Assembly (NCBI GenBank): GCA_046262035.1
Contig: JBHENM010000144.1
Coordinates: 1-54,941, forward strand
Length of the DNA stretch: 54,941 nucleotides
Direction of reading: 5' to 3'
Source: Acidimicrobiales bacterium
Lineage (GTDB): Bacteria > Actinomycetota > Acidimicrobiia > Acidimicrobiales > AC-14
The number at the start of each line of letters is the position of its first letter. Position 1 is the stretch's first letter. The notes under the pieces were generated by a model. That model was not told the DNA's origin and searched no databases. It was given only the letters and a program-made list of their open reading frames with translations. Made by a program: the position numbers and the translations under genes. This document shows, one piece after another, positions 18,615 to 27,118 of the stretch.

Positions 18615-20663
18615 ATGAGGGCATTCGCGGGAGAAGGCGCAGAACGGCCGCCGGTCGTCGCCCTGGACGACCGGGAGGCGCTCGATCCGACGCTGGTCGG
18701 GGCCAAGGCTTCGGCCCTGGCCGCAGCACGATCGGCCGGCCTGCCCGTCCTGCCGGGCACGGTGCTGACCACGGCGGTGTCGTCGAGCGACTTCGGCCTG
18801 GCCAAGCTGGTGGCCTGGGACGCAGTCTCGGCGGGGGCGACCCGGGCGGTGGTGGTGCGGTCCTCCTCCACGGTGGAGGACGGGGCCCATCACTCGATGG
18901 CGGGCCTGTTCACGTCGGTGGTCGACGTGCGGACGCTGGAGCAGTTCCACGACGCGGTGGACGCGGTGCTGGCCTCAGGCAACGTCGTCCCCCTGTCAGG
19001 AGAGCGCGCACCGCTGGCCGTCCTGGTTCAGCCCCTGGTCGAGGCCAGCTTCGGCGGCGTCCTGTTCGGGGTCGACCCCGTATCCGGACGCCGTGACCGC
19101 CTGGCCGTCGCCGCCGCAGAGGGGGGCCCGGTGGCCCTCGTACAAGGCGAGAGCGACGGGGTGCAGGCCACCATGACCCCGCACGGCCGGGTCATCGAGG
19201 GCTCCAGTCCGCTGTCGACCTCTGATCTCCACCGGCTGGCCCGACTCGCCCACCGGGCGGCCGCCCTGTTCGGCGGCCCGCAGGACATCGAGTGGGCCCT
19301 CGACGGCGACGGCCGGCTGTGGATGCTGCAGAGCCGTCCGATCACAGCCATGGCGGGCTCGGCCCGGGGTCCCGCTCTGGGCCCCGGGCCGGTGGCCGAG
19401 ACCTTCCCGGACGCCCTTGCTCCCTTGGAGGAGGACCTCTGGGTCGATCCTCTCCGGACGGCGATACGCAACGCCCTGAACCTGGCGGGCACGAACTCCC
19501 GCCGGGTGGTGCGGAAGTCTCCCGTGGTGGCCAGCGTGGGTGGCCGGGTGGCGGTGGACCTCGACCTCTTCGGCGCGGGCACGTCCGACCGGCATGGCCT
19601 GGCTCGCCTCGACCCTCGGCCTCCCATCCGGCGCCTCGTGGCCGCATGGCGCGTCGGTCGACTCCGGGCCGCCCTTCCCGCCCTGGCGCGCGACCTCCTG
19701 GAGCGGGCCGACGGCGAGCTAGCCCGACTCGCCCCCCTCAGCCGCCTCTCTGACGAAGCTCTGCTCGGGATGCTCGCCGGGGTTGCACCCCGCTTGGTGG
19801 CCCTGCATGGGCACGAGGTGCTCATGGGCTGGTTGATCGGGGACACCGTCTCGTCCACGACCGCGGCCTCCGTCGCCCTCCGTCAACTGGCGGTCGGCCG
19901 GGCGGCAGGACTGCCGGACGGCGAGATCGTGGCCCGGTACCCGACCGTCCTGGCCCTGGTGCCGCCCCGGATCTCGCCCTCTCCGGCCCTCCCCCAGACC
20001 GATGGCGCCATCCCCCCGGACGGGCCACCGGACGATGCCGACGAGGCCGCTGTCCTCCGCGAGGCGCTCAGGCTGCGTGCCCGCTGGGTTCAGGAGCTGT
20101 CGGCCCGGGTGGCGTGGGAGCTCGGGCTGCGCCTCGTGGCCCAGGGAACGATCAGCCGGGCCGACCTGGTTCGGTGGCTGCGTCTCGGCGAGATCCGGGT
20201 CGCGGTCACGACGGGTGCAGTGCCGGCCGATCTCGACGTGCGCGCCGCCGGGCGCCCGGTTCCACCTCTGCCGGCCCGTTTCCGGATCACCGACGACGGC
20301 TTGGTGGTGGCCGACCAGATCCCGGCCTCCGAGGCGGGCCGAGGCCGGGGGGCGAGCGGAGGGCGCGGGATCGGCCCCGTCCACTCCGGCCCCGAGCCGC
20401 CCGCCGAGGGCGCCGTGCTCGTCGTGCGGACCCTCGACCCCGGCCTGGCGCCCTGGCTTCCGCATCTGGCGGGACTGGTGTCCGAGACTGGGAGCCCGCT
20501 CTCTCACCTGGCCATCCTGGCCCGGGAGTACCACGTGCCAACCGCCGTGGGCGTGGCCGGCGCCCTCGAACGCTTCCTCCCCGGCACGTCGGTGATCGTC
20601 GACGGCACCACGGGCGAGGTCACCGCCGTGGGGGCAGCCGAGTCGGCGCTGGGGGCGGCATGA
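18615..20663 (+). CDS. PEP/pyruvate-binding (ATP-grasp) plus PEP-utilising mobile His-domain enzyme (PEP synthase / rifampicin-phosphotransferase-like architecture)
   Basis: N-terminus LDPTLVGAKASALAAARSAGLPVLPG..VVVRSSSTVEDGAHHSMAGLF. C-terminus VLVVRTLDPGLAPWLPHLAGLVSETGSPLSHLAILAREYHVPTAVGV (swivel His). ATG 18615 preceded by GAGGGGAAG. Confidence 0.8.
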   Translation: MRAFAGEGAERPPVVALDDREALDPTLVGAKASALAAARSAGLPVLPGTVLTTAVSSSDFGLAKLVAWDAVSAGATRAVVVRSSSTVEDGAHHSMAGLFTSVVDVRTLEQFHDAVDAVLASGNVVPLSGERAPLAVLVQPLVEASFGGVLFGVDPVSGRRDRLAVAAAEGGPVALVQGESDGVQATMTPHGRVIEGSSPLSTSDLHRLARLAHRAAALFGGPQDIEWALDGDGRLWMLQSRPITAMAGSARGPALGPGPVAETFPDALAPLEEDLWVDPLRTAIRNALNLAGTNSRRVVRKSPVVASVGGRVAVDLDLFGAGTSDRHGLARLDPRPPIRRLVAAWRVGRLRAALPALARDLLERADGELARLAPLSRLSDEALLGMLAGVAPRLVALHGHEVLMGWLIGDTVSSTTAASVALRQLAVGRAAGLPDGEIVARYPTVLALVPPRISPSPALPQTDGAIPPDGPPDDADEAAVLREALRLRARWVQELSARVAWELGLRLVAQGTISRADLVRWLRLGEIRVAVTTGAVPADLDVRAAGRPVPPLPARFRITDDGLVVADQIPASEAGRGRGASGGRGIGPVHSGPEPPAEGAVLVVRTLDPGLAPWLPHLAGLVSETGSPLSHLAILAREYHVPTAVGVAGALERFLPGTSVIVDGTTGEVTAVGAAESALGAA

Positions 20664-20724
20664 CCGGCCCGGGAGGTCGGTCCATGAGCATCCACTGGAC
20701 CGCCGTCGGAACGAGGGCGGTCCA

Positions 20725-21231
20725 GTGACCGCCGGGCGCATGGCCAAGCTGGTGATGGCCGTGGTCCTCTTCGCCACCGGGACCTACGTGTTCATCTATC
20801 TGTGGCGCTGGGAGTGGAACCGGGCTCTTCTGGCCGGTGTGATGTTCATCGCCGCCGAGGTGGCCATGGCCACGGTGATGGTGCTCGAACGGCTGGGACG
20901 GATCGACCGCCGGCTGCGCGAGGCGCCGTCCGCCGCCGCCCTCAACCGGCTCCAGGAGACGGCGCCCGACCCGCACCACCCCTTCGCCTGGCTGCAGCCG
21001 CGACAGGACCGGTTCGGCGTGTTCGTGCCCATCCTCATGGGCGTGGGCGTCGTGGCGTCGGCCCTGGCGTGGGTCGTCGAGCGCCTTGCTCGGGCTACCG
21101 CCCGACCGGCCCTGGAGCGGGGGCTGGCGGTTCGGCTGCAACCCCTCGCCTGGCCCGACCTCCCGCTCGACCAGTCCGAGCAGGACGTCCGCTCCCTGCT
21201 GGGAGGCCCCCAAGCACTCCCGGCGGAGTGA
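20725..21231 (+). CDS. hypothetical membrane protein
   Basis: 168 aa with three hydrophobic helices. GTG 20725 (or ATG 20740). Stop overlaps the next start (GTGA). Confidence 0.5.
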   Translation: MTAGRMAKLVMAVVLFATGTYVFIYLWRWEWNRALLAGVMFIAAEVAMATVMVLERLGRIDRRLREAPSAAALNRLQETAPDPHHPFAWLQPRQDRFGVFVPILMGVGVVASALAWVVERLARATARPALERGLAVRLQPLAWPDLPLDQSEQDVRSLLGGPQALPAE

Positions 21232-21608
21232 AACGCACCATCGTCCTGCTGGTCCTGGCGGTGGTCGTCACCGCCGGACTGGACGTGCTCGGCGATCTCA
21301 CTCAGGACCGTCCCGACCGGGTTACGCCAGGGTCCCGCAGCGAAGTCATCCTCGAGGTGAGGACCCGGAACCACCGGGGATCACCCCAGCAGGCGGCCGA
21401 GGGCTTGTGGGCGACGTGCCAGAGCACCCTCCACCACAAGCTCACGCCACCAGGGATCGCCGCCGTGGGGACGGACCGGTTCCGGCTGGTCTTCGAGCCC
21501 GCCATCGGCGAGCACAGCTGGCGACGTCTGCAGGGGTGTCTGGAGGACATGAGCGTGGACAACATGCTGGCCAACGTGGTCCGGAAGCGGGACCTCGCCG
21601 CGGGCTAG
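21228..21608 (+). CDS. hypothetical protein with N-terminal TM/signal anchor
   Basis: VKRTIVLLVLAVVVTAGLDVL.. from GTG 21228, overlapping the upstream stop. It is the part of the 268-aa ORF that has a normal composition. Confidence 0.5.
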   Translation: MKRTIVLLVLAVVVTAGLDVLGDLTQDRPDRVTPGSRSEVILEVRTRNHRGSPQQAAEGLWATCQSTLHHKLTPPGIAAVGTDRFRLVFEPAIGEHSWRRLQGCLEDMSVDNMLANVVRKRDLAAG

Positions 21609-21630
21609 AGCCAGGGCGAGCACGGCGCGG

Positions 21631-21650
21631 CGTGGGGCAGGAGCCCCACG
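21631..21650 (+). terminator. stem-loop downstream of the 21228-21608 gene (no U-tract)
   Basis: cgtgggg-caggag-ccccacg: 7-bp GC stem, 23 nt after the stop. Confidence 0.35.
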
Positions 21651-21660
21651 CTCGGGAGGA

Positions 21661-21704
21661 GGCCGGGCCGGCTCCGTGCCGAACGGTGTGGTCGGGCCCC
21701 GGCC
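21661..21704. repeat. conserved hairpin motif, copy 1 (candidate structured RNA/DNA element)
   Basis: ggccgggccggctccgtgccgaacggtgtggtcgggccccggcc. The 22-nt core gggccggctccgtgccgaacgg is identical to 29011-29032. Confidence 0.6.
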
Positions 21705-21727
21705 GGGGCGGCGAAGCCGCCAGAGAT

Positions 21728-21955
21728 TCAGTGTCCGCCGAAGGCGATGGCGGCGACCACGTCCATGCGGTCGACCTCGGCCAGCGGCCGCTCGATGTGG
21801 AAGGTGTAGGAGCTCTCCCCCGGCGTGCTGATGGCCAGCTCCGTCACCAGCGGGGAGCAGCGGGGGTCGTTTCCGGGCTTCTCCTGAATGGAGACGGTGG
21901 CGGCCGGGTCGAGCCCCAGCTCCTCGCGGGCCCACGCTTCGACCTGCGCCCCCAC
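21728..21955 (-). CDS. hypothetical small protein (75 aa)
   Basis: GTG 21955, 5 nt after the phosphatase stop. Good G/C3 bias. No family recognised. Confidence 0.5.
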   Translation of the reverse strand: MGAQVEAWAREELGLDPAATVSIQEKPGNDPRCSPLVTELAISTPGESSYTFHIERPLAEVDRMDVVAAIAFGGH

Positions 21956-21960
21956 GGCGG

Positions 21961-22611
21961 TCAGAGGCCGAGGTTGTGGGCGATCCGCCGGGGCGCATCC
22001 AGAACCCGGCTGAGGGCGGTCACCACACCCGGCGTGCGAGGTGCGTAGCCGTCGTCGAGGCGAGCCACGAACGTCACCTGTTCGAGGGTCGGCGGGCCGA
22101 CGGCCAGGTTGCGGCGGACGGCGCCCCGGCCGTTCAGCTCACCCTCGGCCACCAGCCAGGAGCCGGCCATGGCCCCCGTGCGACCCACGCCGGCGCCGCA
22201 GTGGACGAAGGTGAGGCCTCCGGCCCGCGTCACCCGCAGGAACTCGTCGATCTGGTCGCGGGTGGGCACCTGGCCGTCGCGCACCGGCAGGCGCAGCGAC
22301 TGCATCCCGAGCGAACGGACGATGGCCTGGTCGGCCTCGGCCTGAGGCTCGGCCCTGAGGTCGACGATGACCTTGACCCCGTTGGCGGCCAGGGCCCGGT
22401 AGCCCTCGGGCGTCGGAGCCGCACCCCGCCACAGCTTGTCGTCGACCGCTTCCAGGTTGTTCACGCCACGGATAGGAGCGACATCGATCCTGGGAGTGGT
22501 TCCCCGGGCGATCCAGGAGGCGCCGAGGATGGCCAGGTTGCCGGCCAGGACCAGGCCCACGAGTACGCCCGCGCCGATCAGCAGCTTCCTGCTGGCAGCG
22601 CGCACTCGCAT
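21961..22611 (-). CDS. membrane-anchored protein tyrosine / dual-specificity phosphatase
   Basis: N-terminal TM helix, then the CX5R P-loop VHCGAGVGRTG. Confidence 0.8.
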   Translation of the reverse strand: MRVRAASRKLLIGAGVLVGLVLAGNLAILGASWIARGTTPRIDVAPIRGVNNLEAVDDKLWRGAAPTPEGYRALAANGVKVIVDLRAEPQAEADQAIVRSLGMQSLRLPVRDGQVPTRDQIDEFLRVTRAGGLTFVHCGAGVGRTGAMAGSWLVAEGELNGRGAVRRNLAVGPPTLEQVTFVARLDDGYAPRTPGVVTALSRVLDAPRRIAHNLGL

Positions 22612-22621
22612 CGATTCCTCC

Positions 22622-23131
22622 TCAGAGGTCCGGCCAAACCGCCCGTACCTTCTGATATGTACTCGGCAAGGCCTCGGCCAAAACGCGCGATTCCGCGACC
22701 GTGGTCAAAAAGTTCGTGTCACCAGACCAGCGCGGCAGGACGTGGACGTGAAAATGGCCAGGAACTCCTGCACCAGCGGGGCGCCCCAGGTTAGCCCCCA
22801 GATTCAGACCGTCGGGGTGGTAGGCCGCCTTCAAGGCCCGTACCCCCTCCGTGACCGACGCCCAGACAGCCCCCGCCTCGTCGTCCCTCAGCTCTTCCAG
22901 CTCCCCCACGTGACGCACAGGCATGACCATCAGGTGACCGCTCGTGTAGGGGTAGGCGTTGAGGACGACAGCGCACCGGTCGTCCCGCCGTACGACGTAC
23001 GTGCGCTCCCCCGGCTCGTCGGACGCGAGGATCCGGCAGAAGACACAGTCCTCGGCGTTGCCCGCCGTCTCCCCCGCCGCCGACTCCACGTAGGGCCGGC
23101 GCCATCCGGCCCAGAGCCGCTCGAGGGTCAA
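22622..23131 (-). CDS. HIT-family nucleotide hydrolase/phosphorylase
   Basis: CVFCRI..AVVLNAYPYTSGHLMVMP..GAGVPGHFHVHVLPRW (HxHxH histidine triad). TTG 23131 overlaps the thrS stop. The longer ORF is an out-of-frame read of thrS. Confidence 0.8.
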   Translation of the reverse strand: MTLERLWAGWRRPYVESAAGETAGNAEDCVFCRILASDEPGERTYVVRRDDRCAVVLNAYPYTSGHLMVMPVRHVGELEELRDDEAGAVWASVTEGVRALKAAYHPDGLNLGANLGRPAGAGVPGHFHVHVLPRWSGDTNFLTTVAESRVLAEALPSTYQKVRAVWPDL

Positions 23132-25068
23132 GCCCGCCGGTCGATCTCGCCGGCCGTGCGGGCCAAGAAGGCGTCCACGGCCACGTTCCGCTCGACCTGG
23201 CCACCGCGGGGGTTGACGCCGACGGTGCCAACGGCCACGTCGTCGTCCCCCACCACGAGCACGTAGGGCAACTTTTCGAGCTTGGCCTTGCGGATCCGGC
23301 CGCCGAGGGGCTCGTCGGCCACCTCGACGTCGGCCCGAAGGCCGGCCGCCCGCAGCCGGGCGGCCACGTCCAAGGCGTAGGCGTCGTGGTCGTCGCGCAC
23401 GGGCAGGACCCTGGCCTGGACCGGTGCCAGCCACAGCGGGAAGGCCCCGGCGTAGTGCTCGAGGAGGATGCCGAAGAACCGCTCGACCGAACCGAACAGG
23501 GCGCGGTGGATCATGATCGGCGGGTGACGCTGGTTGTCGGCCCCCACGTACTCGAGGCCGAAGCGCTTGGCCATCTGGAAGTCCACCTGGAGGGTGGAGA
23601 GCTGCCACCTCCGGCCGATGGCGTCCCGAAGGTGGACGTCGATCTTGGGACCGTAGAAGGCGCCTTCCCCCTCGGCCATCTCGAACGGGATCCCCGAGGC
23701 CTTGATGGCCTGCACCAGGGCGTCAGTGGCCAGCTCCCAGTCCTCGTCGGCCCCCACCGACTTCTCCTCGGGCCGGGTCGAGACCTCGGCCTCGAACGTG
23801 TCGAAGCCGAAGGTGCGCAGGATCCGCAGCACGAACTCGAGCAGAGACGTCAGCTCGGGGACGATCTGCTCGGGGGTGCAGAAGATGTGACTGTCGTCTT
23901 GGGTGAAGCCCCGCATGCGCATCAGGCCGTGAAGCACACCGGACCGCTCGAACCGGTAGACGGTGCCCAGCTCGAACAGGCGCAGCGGCAGTTCGCGGTA
24001 CGAGCGCATCTGGCTGCGGAAGATGAGCAGGTGGAAGGGGCAGTTCATGGGCTTCGGGTAGTACGGCGCCCCCTCCATCTCCATCGGGGGGTACATGGCG
24101 TCGGCGTAGAAGCCCAGGTGCCCGCTGGTCTCCCACAGGGTGGACCGGGCCAGGTGGGGGCTGAACACGAACTGGTAGTCGGCGGCCTCGTGCTCGGCCC
24201 GGGAGAAGTCCTCCATCAGCTTGCGGACCATGGCCCCCCGGGGGTGCCACACGGCCAGCCCCGCACCCAGCTCGGGAGGGAAGGAGAAGAGGTCGAGCTC
24301 AGGGCCGACACGGCGGTGGTCGCGGCGCTCGGCCTCCTCCAAGCGGTGGAGGTGGTCGGCCAGGGCCTGCTTGGACTCCCAGGCCGTGCCGTAGATCCGC
24401 TGGAGCATGGGACGGTGCTCGTCGCCCCGCCAGTAGGCGCCGGCCACCTTCATGAGCTTGAAATGGCCCAGGCGGGAGGTGGATGGGACATGGGGACCGC
24501 GGCAGAGGTCGAGCCAGCCGTCATTCCGGTAGGTGCTGACGACGTTGCCGGCCGCCCCTTCGCCGGCCTCGACTCCCTCGATGATCTCCACCTTGTAGGG
24601 CTGGTCGGCGAAAACGGCCAGGCCCTCGTCGCGGGAGAGCTCCTGGCGGACGAAGGGCTGGTCGGCGCCGACGATCTCGCGCATGCGGGCCTCGATGCGG
24701 GTCAGGTCGTCCTCGGTGAAGTGGGCCCCGCCGGGGAGCTCGAAGTCGTAGTAGAAGCCGTCCTCGATGGGAGGGCCGATGGCGTACTTGGCGCCCGGGA
24801 ACAGGTCGCACACGGCCTGGGCCAGCACGTGGGCGGTGGAGTGGCGCAGCACGGTCCGGCCGTCGTCGGAGTCGGCGGTGACGATCGAGACCGTCGCCCC
24901 GTCGGGCAGCGGTGCCTGCAGGTCGGCCTGAGCACCGTCGACCACGGCGATCACGGCCGCCTTGGCCAGGCGCGAACCGACGGCGCCAGCCAGGTCGGCG
25001 GCGGTGGCGCCCGCAGGAAGGCGGCGGGCGGAGCCGTCGGGTAGGCGGACCTCGATCTGATCGGACAT
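23128..25068 (-). CDS. thrS: threonine--tRNA ligase
   Basis: TGS domain (IEVRLPDGS), editing-domain HSTAHVLAQA, class II motifs (FRSQMRSYRELPLR, YRFERSG, GFTQDDSHIF), anticodon-binding C-terminus. ATG 25068. Confidence 0.95.
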   Translation of the reverse strand: MSDQIEVRLPDGSARRLPAGATAADLAGAVGSRLAKAAVIAVVDGAQADLQAPLPDGATVSIVTADSDDGRTVLRHSTAHVLAQAVCDLFPGAKYAIGPPIEDGFYYDFELPGGAHFTEDDLTRIEARMREIVGADQPFVRQELSRDEGLAVFADQPYKVEIIEGVEAGEGAAGNVVSTYRNDGWLDLCRGPHVPSTSRLGHFKLMKVAGAYWRGDEHRPMLQRIYGTAWESKQALADHLHRLEEAERRDHRRVGPELDLFSFPPELGAGLAVWHPRGAMVRKLMEDFSRAEHEAADYQFVFSPHLARSTLWETSGHLGFYADAMYPPMEMEGAPYYPKPMNCPFHLLIFRSQMRSYRELPLRLFELGTVYRFERSGVLHGLMRMRGFTQDDSHIFCTPEQIVPELTSLLEFVLRILRTFGFDTFEAEVSTRPEEKSVGADEDWELATDALVQAIKASGIPFEMAEGEGAFYGPKIDVHLRDAIGRRWQLSTLQVDFQMAKRFGLEYVGADNQRHPPIMIHRALFGSVERFFGILLEHYAGAFPLWLAPVQARVLPVRDDHDAYALDVAARLRAAGLRADVEVADEPLGGRIRKAKLEKLPYVLVVGDDDVAVGTVGVNPRGGQVERNVAVDAFLARTAGEIDRRA

Positions 25069-25072
25069 CCCC

Positions 25073-25720
25073 GTGAGGATATCGGGGGGCCTCGGATCAC
25101 CCGGCGTGGGATTCTGGGGCATCGGAGACCGCTTCGAATACTGCAACGTCCGCGTCGACGGCGATCAGGGCCCCATCGTCGACCGCTTCTCGGCCCGGAT
25201 CCCGGCCGACGGCCTCACTGCGGTCGTAGGCCCGTCGGGCTCGGGGAAGTCCACCCTCCTCCGCCTTCTGAACCGCCTGGACGATCCTGACCAGGGAGAG
25301 GTCCTGCTCGACGGGCGCAACGTCCGGCTCTTCGAGGTGCTGGAACTGCGCCGGCGGGTGCAGCTCGTGGGCCAGGTGCCGGTGCCGTTCCCCGGGACCG
25401 TCGCCCAGAACGTGGGTCCCGAGTGGCCTGATCTGCTGGAACGCGTGGGCCTGCCGGCCGCCATCGCCACTCGCCCGGCGGACGTCCTGTCCGTGGGTGA
25501 GGCCCAGCGCATGTGCCTCGCCCGGGCCCTGGCCCGCCGTCCCCAGTGCCTCGTGCTGGACGAGCCCACGTCGGCCCTCGACACGTCGTCCAAGGCGGGC
25601 ATCGAGCGCCTCATCCGCTCCCTGGCCGACGAGGGGCTCACCGTGGTGATGGTCACCCACAGCGCCCGTCAGGCTGAGGTGCTCGCCGACCGGATGATCA
25701 CGATCGGCCCCGCGGCGTGA
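25073..25720 (+). CDS. ABC transporter ATP-binding protein (FetA/YbbL-like)
   Basis: Walker A GPSGSGKST, signature LSVGEAQR, Walker B LVLDEPTSALD. Start GTG 25073 or GTG 25106 is uncertain. Confidence 0.8.
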   Translation: MRISGGLGSPGVGFWGIGDRFEYCNVRVDGDQGPIVDRFSARIPADGLTAVVGPSGSGKSTLLRLLNRLDDPDQGEVLLDGRNVRLFEVLELRRRVQLVGQVPVPFPGTVAQNVGPEWPDLLERVGLPAAIATRPADVLSVGEAQRMCLARALARRPQCLVLDEPTSALDTSSKAGIERLIRSLADEGLTVVMVTHSARQAEVLADRMITIGPAA

Positions 25721-26505
25721 ACGACCTCAGCGGGCGCATCGGCTTCGAGGAGGTCGCCCTCTCGTTGGTCCTGGTGGCCGTGGCCGTGGCCATCTCCTGG
25801 CGACGGCGGGCCGGCCTCGAGGGCGACATGCTGGTGGCCACTTTCCGGTCGTTCGCCCAGCTTCTGGCAGTCGGCTTCGTCCTCGAGTGGGTGTTCGGAG
25901 GGGGGCACGACTGGCTGACGCCGCTGGTGCTGGCGGTGATGATCCTGACCGCTGCCCTCACCTCGGGGTCCCGGGCCCGGCGGGTTCCGGGAGCATGGAG
26001 CATCGCCGCCGTCTCCCTGATCGTGTCCACGGCCGCCACTCTGGGCGTGCTCCTCGCGCTGCGGATCGTCCCCTTCGAGCCGAGGGCGGCCATCCCCCTG
26101 GGCTCGATGATCATCGCCAACGCCATGAACACGGCCTCGCTGGTGATGACCAGGCTGCGGGATGACCTGGCGTCGCACCGCCGCGAGGTGGAGGCCCGCC
26201 TCAGCCTGGGCCAGCCCGCCTCGGAGGCGGCGGCGCCGTGGCACCGCACGGCCCTGCGCAACGGGCTGCTCCCGATCGTCGACAACACCAAGGTCGTCGG
26301 GCTGGTGGCTCTGCCCGGCGCCATGACGGGAATGCTCCTCGCCGGGGCGTCACCCGCCGCCGCCATCCGGCTTCAGCTGGTGGTGATGTACATGATCCTG
26401 GCCGGAAACGCCCTGGCCGCCCTCATCGCCGGCCACCTCACCCTGGGCCGCCTGTTCAACGCCGACCACCAGCTGGTGCGCTCGCTGCGGCGGGTCCCGC
26501 CCTGA
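25717..26505 (+). CDS. ABC transporter permease, UPF0014 (FetB/YbbM-like)
   Basis: 262 aa, multi-TM. Start overlaps the ATPase stop (GTGA). Layout typical of the YbbL/YbbM pair. Confidence 0.75.
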   Translation: MNDLSGRIGFEEVALSLVLVAVAVAISWRRRAGLEGDMLVATFRSFAQLLAVGFVLEWVFGGGHDWLTPLVLAVMILTAALTSGSRARRVPGAWSIAAVSLIVSTAATLGVLLALRIVPFEPRAAIPLGSMIIANAMNTASLVMTRLRDDLASHRREVEARLSLGQPASEAAAPWHRTALRNGLLPIVDNTKVVGLVALPGAMTGMLLAGASPAAAIRLQLVVMYMILAGNALAALIAGHLTLGRLFNADHQLVRSLRRVPP

Positions 26506-26511
26506 GGCAGG

Positions 26512-27042
26512 TCAGAGCAGGGCGGACCCGGAGAGGTCGACCTCCTGGGGGCGGGCGCCGGTGACCTCGATCACCAGCGTGGCCGAGTAGGGCGTCCCCG
26601 CCTTGGCCGGGGTGAACGTCACTTCGACGTCGCAGCTGCGCCCGGGCTCGACGTCACGCCTGGTGCACGTGGGCGCCGAGGCGCTGAACTGGCCGGGGTT
26701 GTCGCCGTCGATGGACGGCTGCTCCACGGTCATGGGCGCCGATCCGGTATTGACCACCTCGACCGTCGCCTTCTTGGGCCCGAGGTTCTCGAACGTGACC
26801 TGGAGGGGGTCGACGGTGAACGAGGGAGTGGCAGCAGCCGGCGCACCGCTGCGGGTGGTGGCCCCCGGCGCGGCCGACCCCTCGGTGGTGACACCCGTGG
26901 GTGACGTGTCGGCGTCGTCTGAGCCGATCCACCCCATCTGGGTGGCCACGGTGACCAGGCCGACGATTCCGGTGACGGTCCCGGCCAGACCTGTGACCAG
27001 GCCGCTGGTGGTCGACCAGAATGACTTCCCCTTGACGCTCAT
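26512..27042 (-). CDS. membrane-anchored protein with Ig/beta-sandwich-like extracellular domain
   Basis: ATG 27042 preceded by GAGGAGG. One TM helix, a low-complexity linker, then FTVDPLQVTFENLGPKKATVEVVNTGSAPMTV..CDVEVTFTP..ATLVIEV, an ASH/choice-of-anchor-like pattern. Confidence 0.55.
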   Translation of the reverse strand: MSVKGKSFWSTTSGLVTGLAGTVTGIVGLVTVATQMGWIGSDDADTSPTGVTTEGSAAPGATTRSGAPAAATPSFTVDPLQVTFENLGPKKATVEVVNTGSAPMTVEQPSIDGDNPGQFSASAPTCTRRDVEPGRSCDVEVTFTPAKAGTPYSATLVIEVTGARPQEVDLSGSALL

Positions 27043-27118
27043 GCTTTTCCTCCTCGGATCGGCGGGCATCTGGGAGCTCCCGGGACGCGCCTGTGTCAGC
27101 GGGCAACCGGGGACGCCT

